A stretch of DNA of 64,000 nucleotides, taken from NCBI GenBank assembly GCA_963707365.1, contig CAVPPI010000009.1, positions 129,778 through 193,777 on the forward strand, read 5' to 3'. The notes beneath the pieces are model-generated. The model was not told where the DNA came from. It was given only the letters and a program-made list of their open reading frames with translations, and ran no database searches. The position numbers and the translations under genes are program-made. The stretch is from an uncultured candidate division Zixibacteria bacterium (GTDB lineage: Bacteria > Zixibacteria > MSB-5A5 > GN15 > FEB-12). Shown piece after piece: positions 39,204 to 49,420 of the stretch. The first letter of the stretch is position 1, and every line of letters starts with the position of its first letter.

Positions 39204-39857
39204 TTACGACTTCAAGTTGTTGATACTCTCTTGTTTGCCCAATACAACGAGGATGTCGCTGCTTTTGATTTTGTACTCCCCATCAAGAATGAAGTTGAAC
39301 TTGTTGGTGATGCTGTCCCTGGTGGCAATCACCTGAATCTGATATCGAGACCGCAACTGAAGTTCCGCGAGGTTCTTGTCTATGAATCCCTCGGGGGCGA
39401 CCACCTCGGCGATGTTATAGTCCGCGCCGAGCGGCAGGTAATCAACCAGGTTAGGCTGTGCCAGAGAGCGAGCCACTTTAACGGCCATTTGACTTTCGGG
39501 GATGACGGCCTCGGTGGCGCCTACTTTTATCAGTATTTTAGCATGCTGAGGTGAGTTGGCTTTGACGACAATCTTTTTCGCCTTAAGTTCACTCAGGTGC
39601 AGCGTAATGAGGATGGATGCGTGTGAGTCTCGACCTGTCGAAACGACAATGCTGTCAGAGTTCACTACGTCGAGCTTCTCCAAAAAATTGCGATCGGTAG
39701 CATCGTCGAGAATCGCGACGAGCCGCGGGTGCTGCTGGAGGGCCTGGACTTTTGCTTTGTCGCTATCGATTGCCGTTACTTCACAATCGAGCTGCAGCAA
39801 TTCGCTGGCGACTGTTGCCCCGAAGTTGCCCATACCTATTACAATAAAGTTTTTCAT
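39204..39857 (-). CDS. ktrA: KtrA/TrkA-family K+ uptake RCK subunit
   Basis: VIGMGNFG Rossmann motif; TrkA_C domain; next to KtrB. Confidence 0.85.
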   Translation of the reverse strand: MKNFIVIGMGNFGATVASELLQLDCEVTAIDSDKAKVQALQQHPRLVAILDDATDRNFLEKLDVVNSDSIVVSTGRDSHASILITLHLSELKAKKIVVKANSPQHAKILIKVGATEAVIPESQMAVKVARSLAQPNLVDYLPLGADYNIAEVVAPEGFIDKNLAELQLRSRYQIQVIATRDSITNKFNFILDGEYKIKSSDILVVLGKQESINNLKS

Positions 39858-39872
39858 ATTTTCACCTTTCTA

Positions 39873-41225
39873 TTATCCAACCATGACCTCTTCTTCGCGA
39901 TAGATTATTTCGCCGCGTTCGCGTGGGCGAGCCAGCGATAAGGCCAGGGTGAGCAGGCCGACCCTGCCTATGAACATTGTTGTTATCAACACTAACTTAC
40001 CGAAAGAGTGCAGGTGCGACGTTACTCCCATCGATAAACCGACCGTACCAAACGCCGAGACTACTTCGAATAAATTCTCCACAAACCACCCATGGCTGAG
40101 TTGGTGTGAACCCGGGGTCTGTTCAGAGTACATGAATATGACGAACACCGATACTATCACAAACAGGGCAAGAATCAGGACGGTTAAAGAGCGGGTAACG
40201 GAGTCGGGGCTTATCGTCCGTTTGAATACTGAAACACTCTGTCGTCCGCGAAATCTTCGGTATACTAAAATGGCAATTATTCCGAGAGTTGTGGTCTTGA
40301 TGCCCCCTGCTGTGGAACCGGGACAGGCCCCGATGAACATGAGTATCATCGTCACGAGTATGCTGATTTCATTGAGGCTCGACTGCGCGATGGTGTTGAA
40401 GCCGGCTGTCCTGCAGGTGACTGATTGGAAAAAGGCATTTGCCAGATTGTAGCCGGGACTTGTCTGCTGAAACACATTTTTGTCTTCGGACAGCAAGAAT
40501 GCGAAAGTTCCACCAATGAGCAAAATGGCCGTTATTGTAAGGCATAGCTTGGAATGCAGCGTCAGGCCCCGATCTTTGTAGTGAATCCGGTTATAGATGT
40601 CGTTAATCACGACAAATCCTAATCCTCCGGAGATAATCAGCACCGAAAAGATCAAGATCATGACATAATCGCCACTATAACTTTCGAGACTGTTGCTGAA
40701 AGTAGAAAAACCGGCGTTGCAAAATGCTGAGACTGAGTGAAAAACGGCCAGAAAGCAAGCCTCGCCAAACGGGAAGCGCCCATAAAACTTGGTCAGCAGG
40801 GCAATCGCTCCGAGAAGCTCGACTAAAAAAGTAGTTACTACGACCGCCTTTATAAGGCTTCCGATATCGCCGCTGACGCCCGGTTTGAAACTCTGGCCAA
40901 CACTTATCTTCTTCCTGAAAGTTATCTTCGTTCCGAGCGAGAGAAGAATAACCGTGGTTAGAGTCATGAAGCCGAGACCACCCACCTGTATTAGCACCAT
41001 CACAACCACCTGGCCGAAGAGGGATAGATGATTCCCGGTATCAACAACCGTTAGTCCGGTCACACAAACCGCCGAGGTGGCCGTAAACAGGGCATCAACC
41101 AGAGATAGCTGCCCGTCCTGACAACTTACCGGCAAAGTAAGTAAAATAGCACCGGCCATTATAGCTATTAGAAAGTAAATCGGGATTTGTCGGCCGGGAT
41201 TTGTTCCCAGTAGCTCCATAGTCAA
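39873..41225 (-). CDS. ktrB: KtrB/TrkH-family K+ uptake membrane subunit
   Basis: SAVCVTGL, SAFCNAGF, RTAGF, SAFGTVGLS, GRVG. Confidence 0.92.
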   Translation of the reverse strand: MTMELLGTNPGRQIPIYFLIAIMAGAILLTLPVSCQDGQLSLVDALFTATSAVCVTGLTVVDTGNHLSLFGQVVVMVLIQVGGLGFMTLTTVILLSLGTKITFRKKISVGQSFKPGVSGDIGSLIKAVVVTTFLVELLGAIALLTKFYGRFPFGEACFLAVFHSVSAFCNAGFSTFSNSLESYSGDYVMILIFSVLIISGGLGFVVINDIYNRIHYKDRGLTLHSKLCLTITAILLIGGTFAFLLSEDKNVFQQTSPGYNLANAFFQSVTCRTAGFNTIAQSSLNEISILVTMILMFIGACPGSTAGGIKTTTLGIIAILVYRRFRGRQSVSVFKRTISPDSVTRSLTVLILALFVIVSVFVIFMYSEQTPGSHQLSHGWFVENLFEVVSAFGTVGLSMGVTSHLHSFGKLVLITTMFIGRVGLLTLALSLARPRERGEIIYREEEVMVG

Positions 41226-41480
41226 AAAGAATAGACGGTTTGTCGATTCGGCGCTACATTAAAAAGTATGTGTTGGTGGGTCGGGAGCGAATTTCCCCGT
41301 CAACCAGTGTAAAACAGAAGTATGCTTTTGCCCGATGATTGTCGCCGGGGTGCCGGTGCGGAAAAACCGCTTGATTTTTGAAACCGGCGGCGTATTTTGG
41401 CGTTAAAGGACTTACGAGGCCGCGCTTTTCATCATAAGCGCCGCCTATGTCCTTTTACTCTACTTTAAAGGGTTGTCTAA

Positions 41481-41825
41481 GTGAAATTTGAAGATACGTT
41501 GCAGGGGGATATTGTTTTAATCAAAATCTCCGGTAAGGTTATGGCTCATGAGGATAATATGACCCGGTTCCACGGGCAGATTCATCAGTATATTAACTTG
41601 AACAAGAAATCGATTATCGTTGACCTGACGAAGATCGAGATGATGGGTTCCGTGGGGCTTGGGATGTTGATTTCGGCTTTCACGACGGTGCAGAATGCCG
41701 GAGGGCGCATGGTGCTGGCCAATATCACCAGAATCCAGAATCTTATTGCCATGACGCGCCTAAATACGATCTTCGAAAGTTACGACAGTGTTGAACAAGC
41801 AATCGAATCATTTAAGAAAGGTTAG
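41481..41825 (+). CDS. STAS-domain anti-sigma factor antagonist (copy 1)
   Basis: DLTKIEMMGSVGLGML; GTG start. Confidence 0.88.
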   Translation: MKFEDTLQGDIVLIKISGKVMAHEDNMTRFHGQIHQYINLNKKSIIVDLTKIEMMGSVGLGMLISAFTTVQNAGGRMVLANITRIQNLIAMTRLNTIFESYDSVEQAIESFKKG

Positions 41826-41837
41826 AGGGAAAATAGT

Positions 41838-42173
41838 ATGAAGTTTGAGGACTTTCTGGAAGGGGATATCGCTGTAATTGATGTTTCCGGTAAAATTATG
41901 GGAGGAGAAGAGACTACCCTCTTCCACGGCAAAATTCACGAGTATATCCAGCAAAACAAAAAGAACATCGTTATCGATTTGTCAAAAGTGGATTGGATGA
42001 ACTCGGTTGGCCTGGGAATGTTGATCTCGGCGCTGACCACTGTCAAGAACGCTGGCGGTAGATTGGTCCTGGCTAACATAACCAAGATTGAATCGATTCT
42101 TACCATTACGAGGCTGATCTCCGTATTCGAGCACTATGACACCCGCGATGAGGCCATCAAGACCTTCGCGTAA
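41838..42173 (+). CDS. STAS-domain anti-sigma factor antagonist (copy 2)
   Basis: DLSKVDWMNSVGLGML. Confidence 0.92.
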   Translation: MKFEDFLEGDIAVIDVSGKIMGGEETTLFHGKIHEYIQQNKKNIVIDLSKVDWMNSVGLGMLISALTTVKNAGGRLVLANITKIESILTITRLISVFEHYDTRDEAIKTFA

Positions 42174-42198
42174 TCATAGCCTTCTTGAGATGTTTTTG

Positions 42199-42226
42199 AA
42201 AAGCCCCGTTAATGGGGCTTTTTTTT
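42199..42226 (+). terminator. Intrinsic terminator
   Basis: aaaagcccc/ggggctttt stem plus T tract. Confidence 0.85.
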
Positions 42227-42435
42227 GCTATCTCACGTTTTGCGTTACAGCGATGTCTCGCAACAAATCTGCCATCCCCTTCGTAAGAAAGGCATTGATA
42301 GCCAAATCAATAGGGTGTGCTAAAATCTGTGCTGTTGTGCCTCGCAGAAGCTGACGGGATCACTCGAATTCATTGACATATTACGTTAGCTGGTTCGTCC
42401 TATTGTTAAAGGGGCAGAGAATGGAAAAAGGTCGT

Positions 42436-43224
42436 ATGGCACAAAAGATATATCAGGTTGATTCCTTTACAGACAAGCCGTTTTCAGGAAATCCTGCGGG
42501 TGTATGCGTCATGGACGATGCTGCGCCCGTGGAATGGATGAAAGCTGTGGCGGCTGAAATGAACCTTTCGGAAACCGCCTTCTTGTATCCGTCGGAAGGT
42601 GGCTATAATCTGCGTTGGTTTACGCCGAGAGTGGAGGTTGACCTTTGCGGCCATGCAACCCTGGCTTCATCGCACATTCTGTGGGAGCAGGGTTATCTGC
42701 CGCAGAACAAGACAGCCCGGTTTGATACCCGGAGCGGTCTGCTTACAGCCGACTGGAACGACGGCTGGATCAGGCTGAACTTTCCGTCGAAACCTCCAAA
42801 GGCTGCAGAGCCGCCGCCGGGATTTCTCGAAGCTCTCGGGGTTGAGGCTGTTTTTGTGGGCAAAAACCAGTTTGACTATGTAGTCGAAGTAGAATCCGAA
42901 CAGATTGTCAGAAACATGACCCCGGATTTTTCGGCGCTTCTGAAATTCCCGGTCAGGGGGATGGTTGTAACTGCAAGATCCGACTGCGATAAGTACGACT
43001 TTGTCTCCCGGTTTTTTGCGCCGGCAGTCGGTGTCAACGAAGATCCGGTGACCGGCTCGGCGCACTGTTGCCTGGGGCCTTACTGGATGGATCGCCTCGT
43101 GAAGACCGAGTTAAAAGCCTATCAGGCTTCGAGCAGAGGGGGTGAACTCCGCTTGCAGGTTGTGGGCGACAGGGTCCATCTTTTCGGGCAGGCCGTGACA
43201 GTTTTCAATATTGATATGAGATAG
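42436..43224 (+). CDS. PhzF-family isomerase
   Basis: QVDSFT..PFSGNPA, NLSETAF, EVDLCGHAT, EDPVTGSAH; start could be 42421. Confidence 0.93.
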   Translation: MAQKIYQVDSFTDKPFSGNPAGVCVMDDAAPVEWMKAVAAEMNLSETAFLYPSEGGYNLRWFTPRVEVDLCGHATLASSHILWEQGYLPQNKTARFDTRSGLLTADWNDGWIRLNFPSKPPKAAEPPPGFLEALGVEAVFVGKNQFDYVVEVESEQIVRNMTPDFSALLKFPVRGMVVTARSDCDKYDFVSRFFAPAVGVNEDPVTGSAHCCLGPYWMDRLVKTELKAYQASSRGGELRLQVVGDRVHLFGQAVTVFNIDMR

Positions 43225-43469
43225 CGATCCGCCGCCAGAACTCAGGTTGTACTGGTCCGTTTTGAGCAGAAGCCGGACTTCATGCCTATCGAGTTTCGGC
43301 AAACCGGAGCCTCGCGCAACCAACAGCGACTTCTGCGCCCATAATATTTTGAAACCCCATAAAAATTATCCCGTACATTAATCCAAGATGTAGTGAGAAG
43401 CAGACGTCTCGTAATCTCCGCCGTTAAACCAGAATCCCGGGCGTAGCCCTATTGAGGAGAGGATGATAT

Positions 43470-45776
43470 ATGCCAAGAGCCTCTTATTTCAGAAATAGTC
43501 TGTCCGCCTTCATCGTGCTTTTGCTTCTATCAGGATCGGCGCTGGCTGCCGGGGCTGATGGAGAATACACGCCTGTCTATCATCCTGAATTGACCGCAAG
43601 CCGGGTTCAGGGGAGTATATCCATCGATGGTGACCTCACTGATTCCGGGTGGCGCAACGCGGCTATGGCCGACAATTTTGCCGAACACCAGCCGGGCGAT
43701 CAGACCCAGCCTCCGGTGAATACCGAAGCCCTCATCACCTATGATTCCGACAAGCTCTATGTCGCTTTCATTTGTTATGACGACCCGGCAACTGTCAGAG
43801 CTTCACTGTGTGAAAGAGACCACATTTGGTCGGATGACAACATAGTCCTTGCCTTAGATACCTACGGCGACGCGGCCTGGGCATATGAGTTGTGTGTAAA
43901 TCCTCATGGTATTCAGGGAGATATTCTCTGGTCCAGAAATGGTGGTGAAGACAGCGGCTATGACCTGATCTGGGAATCGGCCGGCAAGATAACCGACTCC
44001 GGTTATCAGGTCGAGATGGCCATACCGTTTGCCAGTCTTCGCTTTCCGAATCAACAGGTACAGACCTGGAAAATGGATTTCTGGCGCAATCGTCCACGGG
44101 ATGTTCGCGGTCAGTACTCGTGGGCGGCCTATGACCGGGATGAAAACTGCTGGCCGTGTCAGTGGGGAACGGTTCATGGCATCGAGGACGTTCGGCCGGG
44201 TCGGGGTATAGAGATAATGCCGACGGTGATAGGTTATCAGGCCGGGGCACTGACCGATTCGGATGATCCTCTCTCTGAATTTGATAACAGTGATCCCGAC
44301 GGTGAGTTGTCACTCAATGGCAAATATGCTATTACCTCCGATATCATGGCCGAGGCTTCATATAATCCGGATTTCAGTCAGGTCGAGGCCGATGCGGCCC
44401 AGGTTGATGTAAACACCAACTTCGCCCTCTCGTTCAGTGAGCGCCGGCCGTTCTTCCAGGAAGGAAGCGATCTTTTCGGTACTATCTTCGCGGCTGTCTA
44501 TACGCGTTCGATCAATGACCCCGATTTTACTGCCAAAATGACCGCCCGCAAGGATCGAACCAGCGTGGCGTACCTGTTTGCTCATGATGAGAACAGCCCG
44601 ATTATCATGCCGTTCGAAGAGGGCAGTTCTATTTTCCTCGGTGGCAAGAGCACCTCGAATATACTGCGTGCCAGGCAGACGTTCGGCGAGAACTCGCATG
44701 CCGGCATTCTGGTCACCGACCGTCGCTATGAAGATGGTGGTTCCGGTACGGTTCTGTCTGCCGACGGTGCCTTTTTTCTCTCGAAGAAGTATAGGTTTGA
44801 GTGGCAGACGATAGGTACCTACACCGCCGAGCCGGATGATTCAGTGATCACGTTTGATGAGGACGACACCGATTTTCATTATTCGACTTTTGACGATGGC
44901 AGATACACCGCTGGTTTCAACGGTGAATCGTTCTGGGGCAACGCTTATTATTTTGGAGTCAATCGTGAAACCCGCAACTCATTTATCGACCTCAGCTATC
45001 TCGAGAGAAGCCCGACCTACCGGGCCGCCAACGGCTTTCAGCCGAGAAATGATCAGCGGAGCGTGAGGTTATACACCCAGTATGTCTTTCGCTTCGATGA
45101 CGGACTGCTCCAGTGGGTGATCCCCAACATACAGCTTGGCAACGCCTGGAATTTCGTGGGCGAACGCAAGGAACGGTTTGCTGACATTAATTTGGAAACG
45201 AAATTCAGAATTGCCCAAACCAATACGCATTCCCGCTACAAGAGAGCTTCCGAGAGATGGGGTGGCGTTGACTTTGATGATGTCTGGCTGCTCCATACCT
45301 GTTTCAGTACACAACCGAGTCTGAAGATTAATTTCGGCGGTTCGGTTACTTATGCCCACCAGCCCGCACTTGGAGAAGACCCGCCCGTTATGGAAAAAGA
45401 ACTGTACCTGTCGGGGTGGTTGGATTTGAGACCGATAAACCGGCTGTTTATCGAAAATTGGTATACCTATGTTAAGGGTGATGCTCTTGAGACCAACGAA
45501 GAGCTTTACGAGGGGTATATTCTTCGAACCCGCTGGAACCTTCAGTTAACCACAGCTCTCTCGGTCAGGTTAGTCGGCCAGTACAACAAGTTCAGCGAGA
45601 GTTTCGACTTGGATCCGCTCCTGACTTATCGGCTCAGTCCGTTCTCTGTTTTCTACATCGGGTCAACCTATGATTACTGCACTTACAACGGTATCGGTGA
45701 AGAGGCCCGGGATACGCGGACCTGTCTTACATCGAGGCAGTTTTTCATGAAGCTGCAGTACTTGTTCCAGATTTAG
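43470..45776 (+). CDS. CBM9-like plus DUF5916 outer-membrane protein
   Basis: Signal peptide; IDGDL.D..W, EMAIPFASLRF, NPDFSQVEAD, ERRPFF.EG; barrel-like C-terminus. Confidence 0.85.
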   Translation: MPRASYFRNSLSAFIVLLLLSGSALAAGADGEYTPVYHPELTASRVQGSISIDGDLTDSGWRNAAMADNFAEHQPGDQTQPPVNTEALITYDSDKLYVAFICYDDPATVRASLCERDHIWSDDNIVLALDTYGDAAWAYELCVNPHGIQGDILWSRNGGEDSGYDLIWESAGKITDSGYQVEMAIPFASLRFPNQQVQTWKMDFWRNRPRDVRGQYSWAAYDRDENCWPCQWGTVHGIEDVRPGRGIEIMPTVIGYQAGALTDSDDPLSEFDNSDPDGELSLNGKYAITSDIMAEASYNPDFSQVEADAAQVDVNTNFALSFSERRPFFQEGSDLFGTIFAAVYTRSINDPDFTAKMTARKDRTSVAYLFAHDENSPIIMPFEEGSSIFLGGKSTSNILRARQTFGENSHAGILVTDRRYEDGGSGTVLSADGAFFLSKKYRFEWQTIGTYTAEPDDSVITFDEDDTDFHYSTFDDGRYTAGFNGESFWGNAYYFGVNRETRNSFIDLSYLERSPTYRAANGFQPRNDQRSVRLYTQYVFRFDDGLLQWVIPNIQLGNAWNFVGERKERFADINLETKFRIAQTNTHSRYKRASERWGGVDFDDVWLLHTCFSTQPSLKINFGGSVTYAHQPALGEDPPVMEKELYLSGWLDLRPINRLFIENWYTYVKGDALETNEELYEGYILRTRWNLQLTTALSVRLVGQYNKFSESFDLDPLLTYRLSPFSVFYIGSTYDYCTYNGIGEEARDTRTCLTSRQFFMKLQYLFQI

Positions 45777-45807
45777 CGACCTTAAAGCGCTATATTTTCG
45801 TTTAGCG

Positions 45808-45844
45808 AACCCGCCGGACCTAATTCAGCCGGCGGGTTTCTTTT
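45808..45844 (+). terminator. Intrinsic terminator
   Basis: aacccgccgg/ccggcgggtt stem plus T-rich tail. Confidence 0.75.
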
Positions 45845-45973
45845 GGTTTGCCGGTGTTTCTCCATTTCCCGGCGGAAACCCGGGGTTGCCTTTTAGAAAT
45901 CTGGTTGCGTTTGAGGTTCAAAAGGGTTATTTATCGAATATAATCAGGCTAAACAAATCAGGGAGATTTTCAA

Positions 45974-47023
45974 ATGATCAGTAAAATTGAGCAGTTGTTG
46001 GGTAGCGACAAGAACCTGTTGACCCATGAGTGCAAGACCATTTCGAAATCCCGGTTGTACCTGCCGGGGCCTAATTTCGTCGACGAAGTAGTAAGCCAGT
46101 CGGATCGTTCGCCCGCAGTGATGCGGTCAATGAGCTGGCTTTTAAACACCGGTCGTCTCGCGGGCACCGGGCACGTGTCGATTTTGCCCGTTGACCAGGG
46201 GATAGAACATTCCGCCGGAGCTTCGTTTGCCCCCAACCCGGATTATTTCGATCCGGCCAAGATAGTCGAACTGGCGATTGAGGGCGGATGCAATGGCGTG
46301 GCGTCTACATTCGGCGTGTTGGGAGCAATCTCGCGCAAATACGCACACAAGATTCCGATGATTCTGAAATTGAATCACAATGAGATGTTGACCTATCCGA
46401 ATAAATTCGACCAGGTCATGTATTCATCGGTCAAGGACGCTTTCAACCTGGGAGCCGCCGGTGTTGGCGCTACCATCTATTTTGGCTCCGATGAGGGCAT
46501 GCGTCAGCTTCAGGAAGTGACTGAAGCCTTCAGCTATGCGCACGAGCTGGGTATGTTCACGGTTCTGTGGTGCTATCTCAGAAATCCGGAGTTCAAGAAG
46601 GACAAGGACTATCACGTTTCGGCCGACCTGACCGGTCAGGCCAACCATCTGGGCGTGACAATCGAGGCCGACATAATCAAGCAGAAGTTGCCCGAAAACA
46701 ACGGCGGCTACAATGCTCTCAAGTTTGGCAAGACGCACAAGAAGGTTTATGACGAACTTACGTCAGACAATCCGATTGACCTTACGCGTTACCAGATAGC
46801 CAACTGCTATATGGGTAGGATTGCTTTGATCAACTCCGGTGGCGCTTCTGCCGGGGACACCGACCTGGCGCAGGCGGTCAGAACGGCCGTTATCAATAAG
46901 CGCGCCGGTGGTATGGGTCTGATTTCCGGGCGCAAGGCTTTCCAGCGGCCGATGAAAGAGGGCGTCGGACTCCTCAATGCCATTCAGGATGTCTATCTCT
47001 GCAAAGAGGTTACATTCGCCTGA
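45974..47023 (+). CDS. fbaB: Class I fructose-bisphosphate aldolase (DhnA type)
   Basis: [30 protein letters not shown]. Confidence 0.96.
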   Translation: MISKIEQLLGSDKNLLTHECKTISKSRLYLPGPNFVDEVVSQSDRSPAVMRSMSWLLNTGRLAGTGHVSILPVDQGIEHSAGASFAPNPDYFDPAKIVELAIEGGCNGVASTFGVLGAISRKYAHKIPMILKLNHNEMLTYPNKFDQVMYSSVKDAFNLGAAGVGATIYFGSDEGMRQLQEVTEAFSYAHELGMFTVLWCYLRNPEFKKDKDYHVSADLTGQANHLGVTIEADIIKQKLPENNGGYNALKFGKTHKKVYDELTSDNPIDLTRYQIANCYMGRIALINSGGASAGDTDLAQAVRTAVINKRAGGMGLISGRKAFQRPMKEGVGLLNAIQDVYLCKEVTFA

Positions 47024-47043
47024 TTCTCAGCTCTCACAAATTC

Positions 47044-47074
47044 AAAAAAGGCTGCCTTTAAGGCAGCCTTTTTT
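47044..47074. terminator. Bidirectional terminator
   Basis: A6-ggctgcc/ggcagcc-T6. Confidence 0.9.
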
Positions 47075-47094
47075 GTGATAAATCAGGGGAGAAC

Positions 47095-47928
47095 TCACCT
47101 GAGCCGGTAGAGGCTCTCGACCATTTTGCTTGCCGAATTTTCTGCGTCGGCTTGACCCTCCCCTTCCAGATCGGAAGGCACGCCGCTGCCAACAGTAATG
47201 AATTTGACGGCCAGAAGCGACCGGCTGTAGATTGAACCGGTAATTTTCAAGCCGCTGACATTCGGGGTGGTGCCCGGAATTGGACCGGCGATAGAAGAAC
47301 CATATATATGGAGACGTCCATTATCTGAAAGGAAACTCCCATCGATCACCATGGTCGTGTCGATTGTCCAGAGGATACTGTCGCGGTATGCTGAGAAGCC
47401 TGACGAGTCGAATTCGTACCACCAGACCAGGCCGTACCAGTCGGCATTGGGGACACGAGACCAGGCGATTTCAACCGTCTCTCCGCGACTTGCGGTATAT
47501 TCCGCCGGTGGCAGTAGGTACTTCAGGGTGTCGTCTTCCCAGTGGAGCAAGGCGACCTCGGCCGTCGATGTCTGACCGTTGTCAAAGAACTTTATCGGAG
47601 CGGTATCACCGGACTGGAAACGAAGGGAATCGCGTATATTATAGTATACGCCCGTATACAGGTATTCTGTACCGTAGAAATTGTAGTAGTAGGATGGGTA
47701 TATTTCGCAGGTGCTATCGGCGAAATGAATCGAGTCGATCTGGTTGCCCTGCCCATAGACGGGGAAGATATCGAGGCTGAAATCGACATACGGTCTCAAG
47801 AGTACCTGTCCCAGAACAAGTGTTTCCTCACCGCCTGCCAGCCCCAAATTGGTGTCGTCGTCGCTGCAACTGAAAATGAAATGCGCCGTCAAAAGCAACA
47901 GCGCCACAAAAATAACGGATTTCTTCAT
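47095..47928 (-). CDS. Hypothetical lipoprotein
   Basis: FIFSC lipobox; GGAGG RBS; beta-rich. Confidence 0.75.
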   Translation of the reverse strand: MKKSVIFVALLLLTAHFIFSCSDDDTNLGLAGGEETLVLGQVLLRPYVDFSLDIFPVYGQGNQIDSIHFADSTCEIYPSYYYNFYGTEYLYTGVYYNIRDSLRFQSGDTAPIKFFDNGQTSTAEVALLHWEDDTLKYLLPPAEYTASRGETVEIAWSRVPNADWYGLVWWYEFDSSGFSAYRDSILWTIDTTMVIDGSFLSDNGRLHIYGSSIAGPIPGTTPNVSGLKITGSIYSRSLLAVKFITVGSGVPSDLEGEGQADAENSASKMVESLYRLR

Positions 47929-48088
47929 AGAACCTCCTCTACATCTGAAACGTATAAAACAGGTCCAGATATCAACTGAATATAATGACCTGATAGGGCG
48001 AAGATGAAGGGCTCAATTCTATTCTTGACAATCAGGCCCCACGTAAGATAATTAGACTATCCTATAAATCAGTAGCAGGGACAGAACA

Positions 48089-49408
48089 ATGTCAATCAGA
48101 AATTTAAGTCTTCTTCTCGTGGTCGCCTTAGCGGCAGTCCTGATTGGTAACGGCAGTTTATTGGCCCAGTCCGAGTCGGCAGACTCGCTTGCGAAACCCC
48201 TGACCGGCGGCGATACGGTTGTTGTATCGCAACAGGATTCTTCCGTGGTTGCTGCGGGTCTGAAATCGGATGATCAGCCTGTTTACCCGATGTCGCCCGA
48301 ACGCAAAGCAAAGCTTATCGCTTATTCGCAATTCAATCACATCTGGCGGTTTATCAGCTTCTTTTTGGGTCTGGCGGTGATGGCGCTGATACTCTTCACC
48401 GGTTTTTCCGCGAAAATGAGAAACTGGGCCGGCGTTGCGAAAAAGAAATTCTTGGTTCTGTGGTTGTTTGTCGTTCTTTTTTTGTTGGCCGACTATATCA
48501 TCAGCTTCCCTTTTAATCTTTATCGCGATTTCCTCGTCGAAGGCGAATACGGTTTCGTGAATCTGACATTCGGCGGCTGGCTGGGTGAGAGTCTTTTGGA
48601 TCTGCTGATAGCTATGATATTCGCTGTCATCCCTATCTGGCTTCTCTACTTTGCGATAGAGAAATCGAAAAAATGGTGGCTATGGGTGGCGCTGGGCGCG
48701 ATGCCCCTGGCTGTTTTTATGATAATTATCGCACCGGTTGTTATCTCCCCCCTGTTTAACAAATACGAGCCACTAAAAGACAAACAATTGGAATCAGAGA
48801 TTCTGCAGCTTGCCGGCAAGGCCGGTATTGAGGGTTCCGATGTATTTCAGGTCAACGCCTCAAAACAGTCCACGAAAATAAACGCCTACGTGACCGGGCT
48901 TTTTGCCACCAAGCGAATCGTTCTCTATGACAATATGATCGAGAATTTCGAGACCGATGAGATCAAATTCGTCATGGGACACGAAATGGGCCACTATGTG
49001 ATGAATCACGTCTGGAAAGGCCTGCTGATTGCGATAGTATTTATAGGCCTGGCTATGTGGATTACGAGCCGCACAGTCCAGCCGATAATAAACCGATTCA
49101 AACATCGTTTCGGATTCGAATCCCTGAGTGACATTGCCTCCCTTCCCCTGATTATGATAATGCTGAGCATAATGGGTTTTCTGTTTAACCCGGTTTCAAA
49201 CGGTTTCAGCCGTCACATGGAGCGCCAATCCGATAAATACGGCATGGATATTTCCGAAGTATCGGGCGAGACGGCGGCCGTGGCATTCGATAAACTTTCT
49301 GCGTTTAATCTCTCTGACCCCGACCCGCATCCAATAATAGAATTCTGGTTTTACAGTCATCCTGCGCTCAACAAACGTATAGAATTTGTACGTAATTACC
49401 GGCCGTAA
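48089..49408 (+). CDS. M48 family (Ste24-like) membrane metallopeptidase
   Basis: NAYVTG, RIVLYD, HEMGH, E..SD, SHP...RI. Confidence 0.93.
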   Translation: MSIRNLSLLLVVALAAVLIGNGSLLAQSESADSLAKPLTGGDTVVVSQQDSSVVAAGLKSDDQPVYPMSPERKAKLIAYSQFNHIWRFISFFLGLAVMALILFTGFSAKMRNWAGVAKKKFLVLWLFVVLFLLADYIISFPFNLYRDFLVEGEYGFVNLTFGGWLGESLLDLLIAMIFAVIPIWLLYFAIEKSKKWWLWVALGAMPLAVFMIIIAPVVISPLFNKYEPLKDKQLESEILQLAGKAGIEGSDVFQVNASKQSTKINAYVTGLFATKRIVLYDNMIENFETDEIKFVMGHEMGHYVMNHVWKGLLIAIVFIGLAMWITSRTVQPIINRFKHRFGFESLSDIASLPLIMIMLSIMGFLFNPVSNGFSRHMERQSDKYGMDISEVSGETAAVAFDKLSAFNLSDPDPHPIIEFWFYSHPALNKRIEFVRNYRP

Positions 49409-49420
49409 CTGTCGCCCGAA

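Noticed and set aside
43266-43336. Riboswitch upstream of the DUF5916 gene
   Set aside because: Only one imperfect long-range stem (gcagaag/cttctgc); no aptamer motif or expression platform
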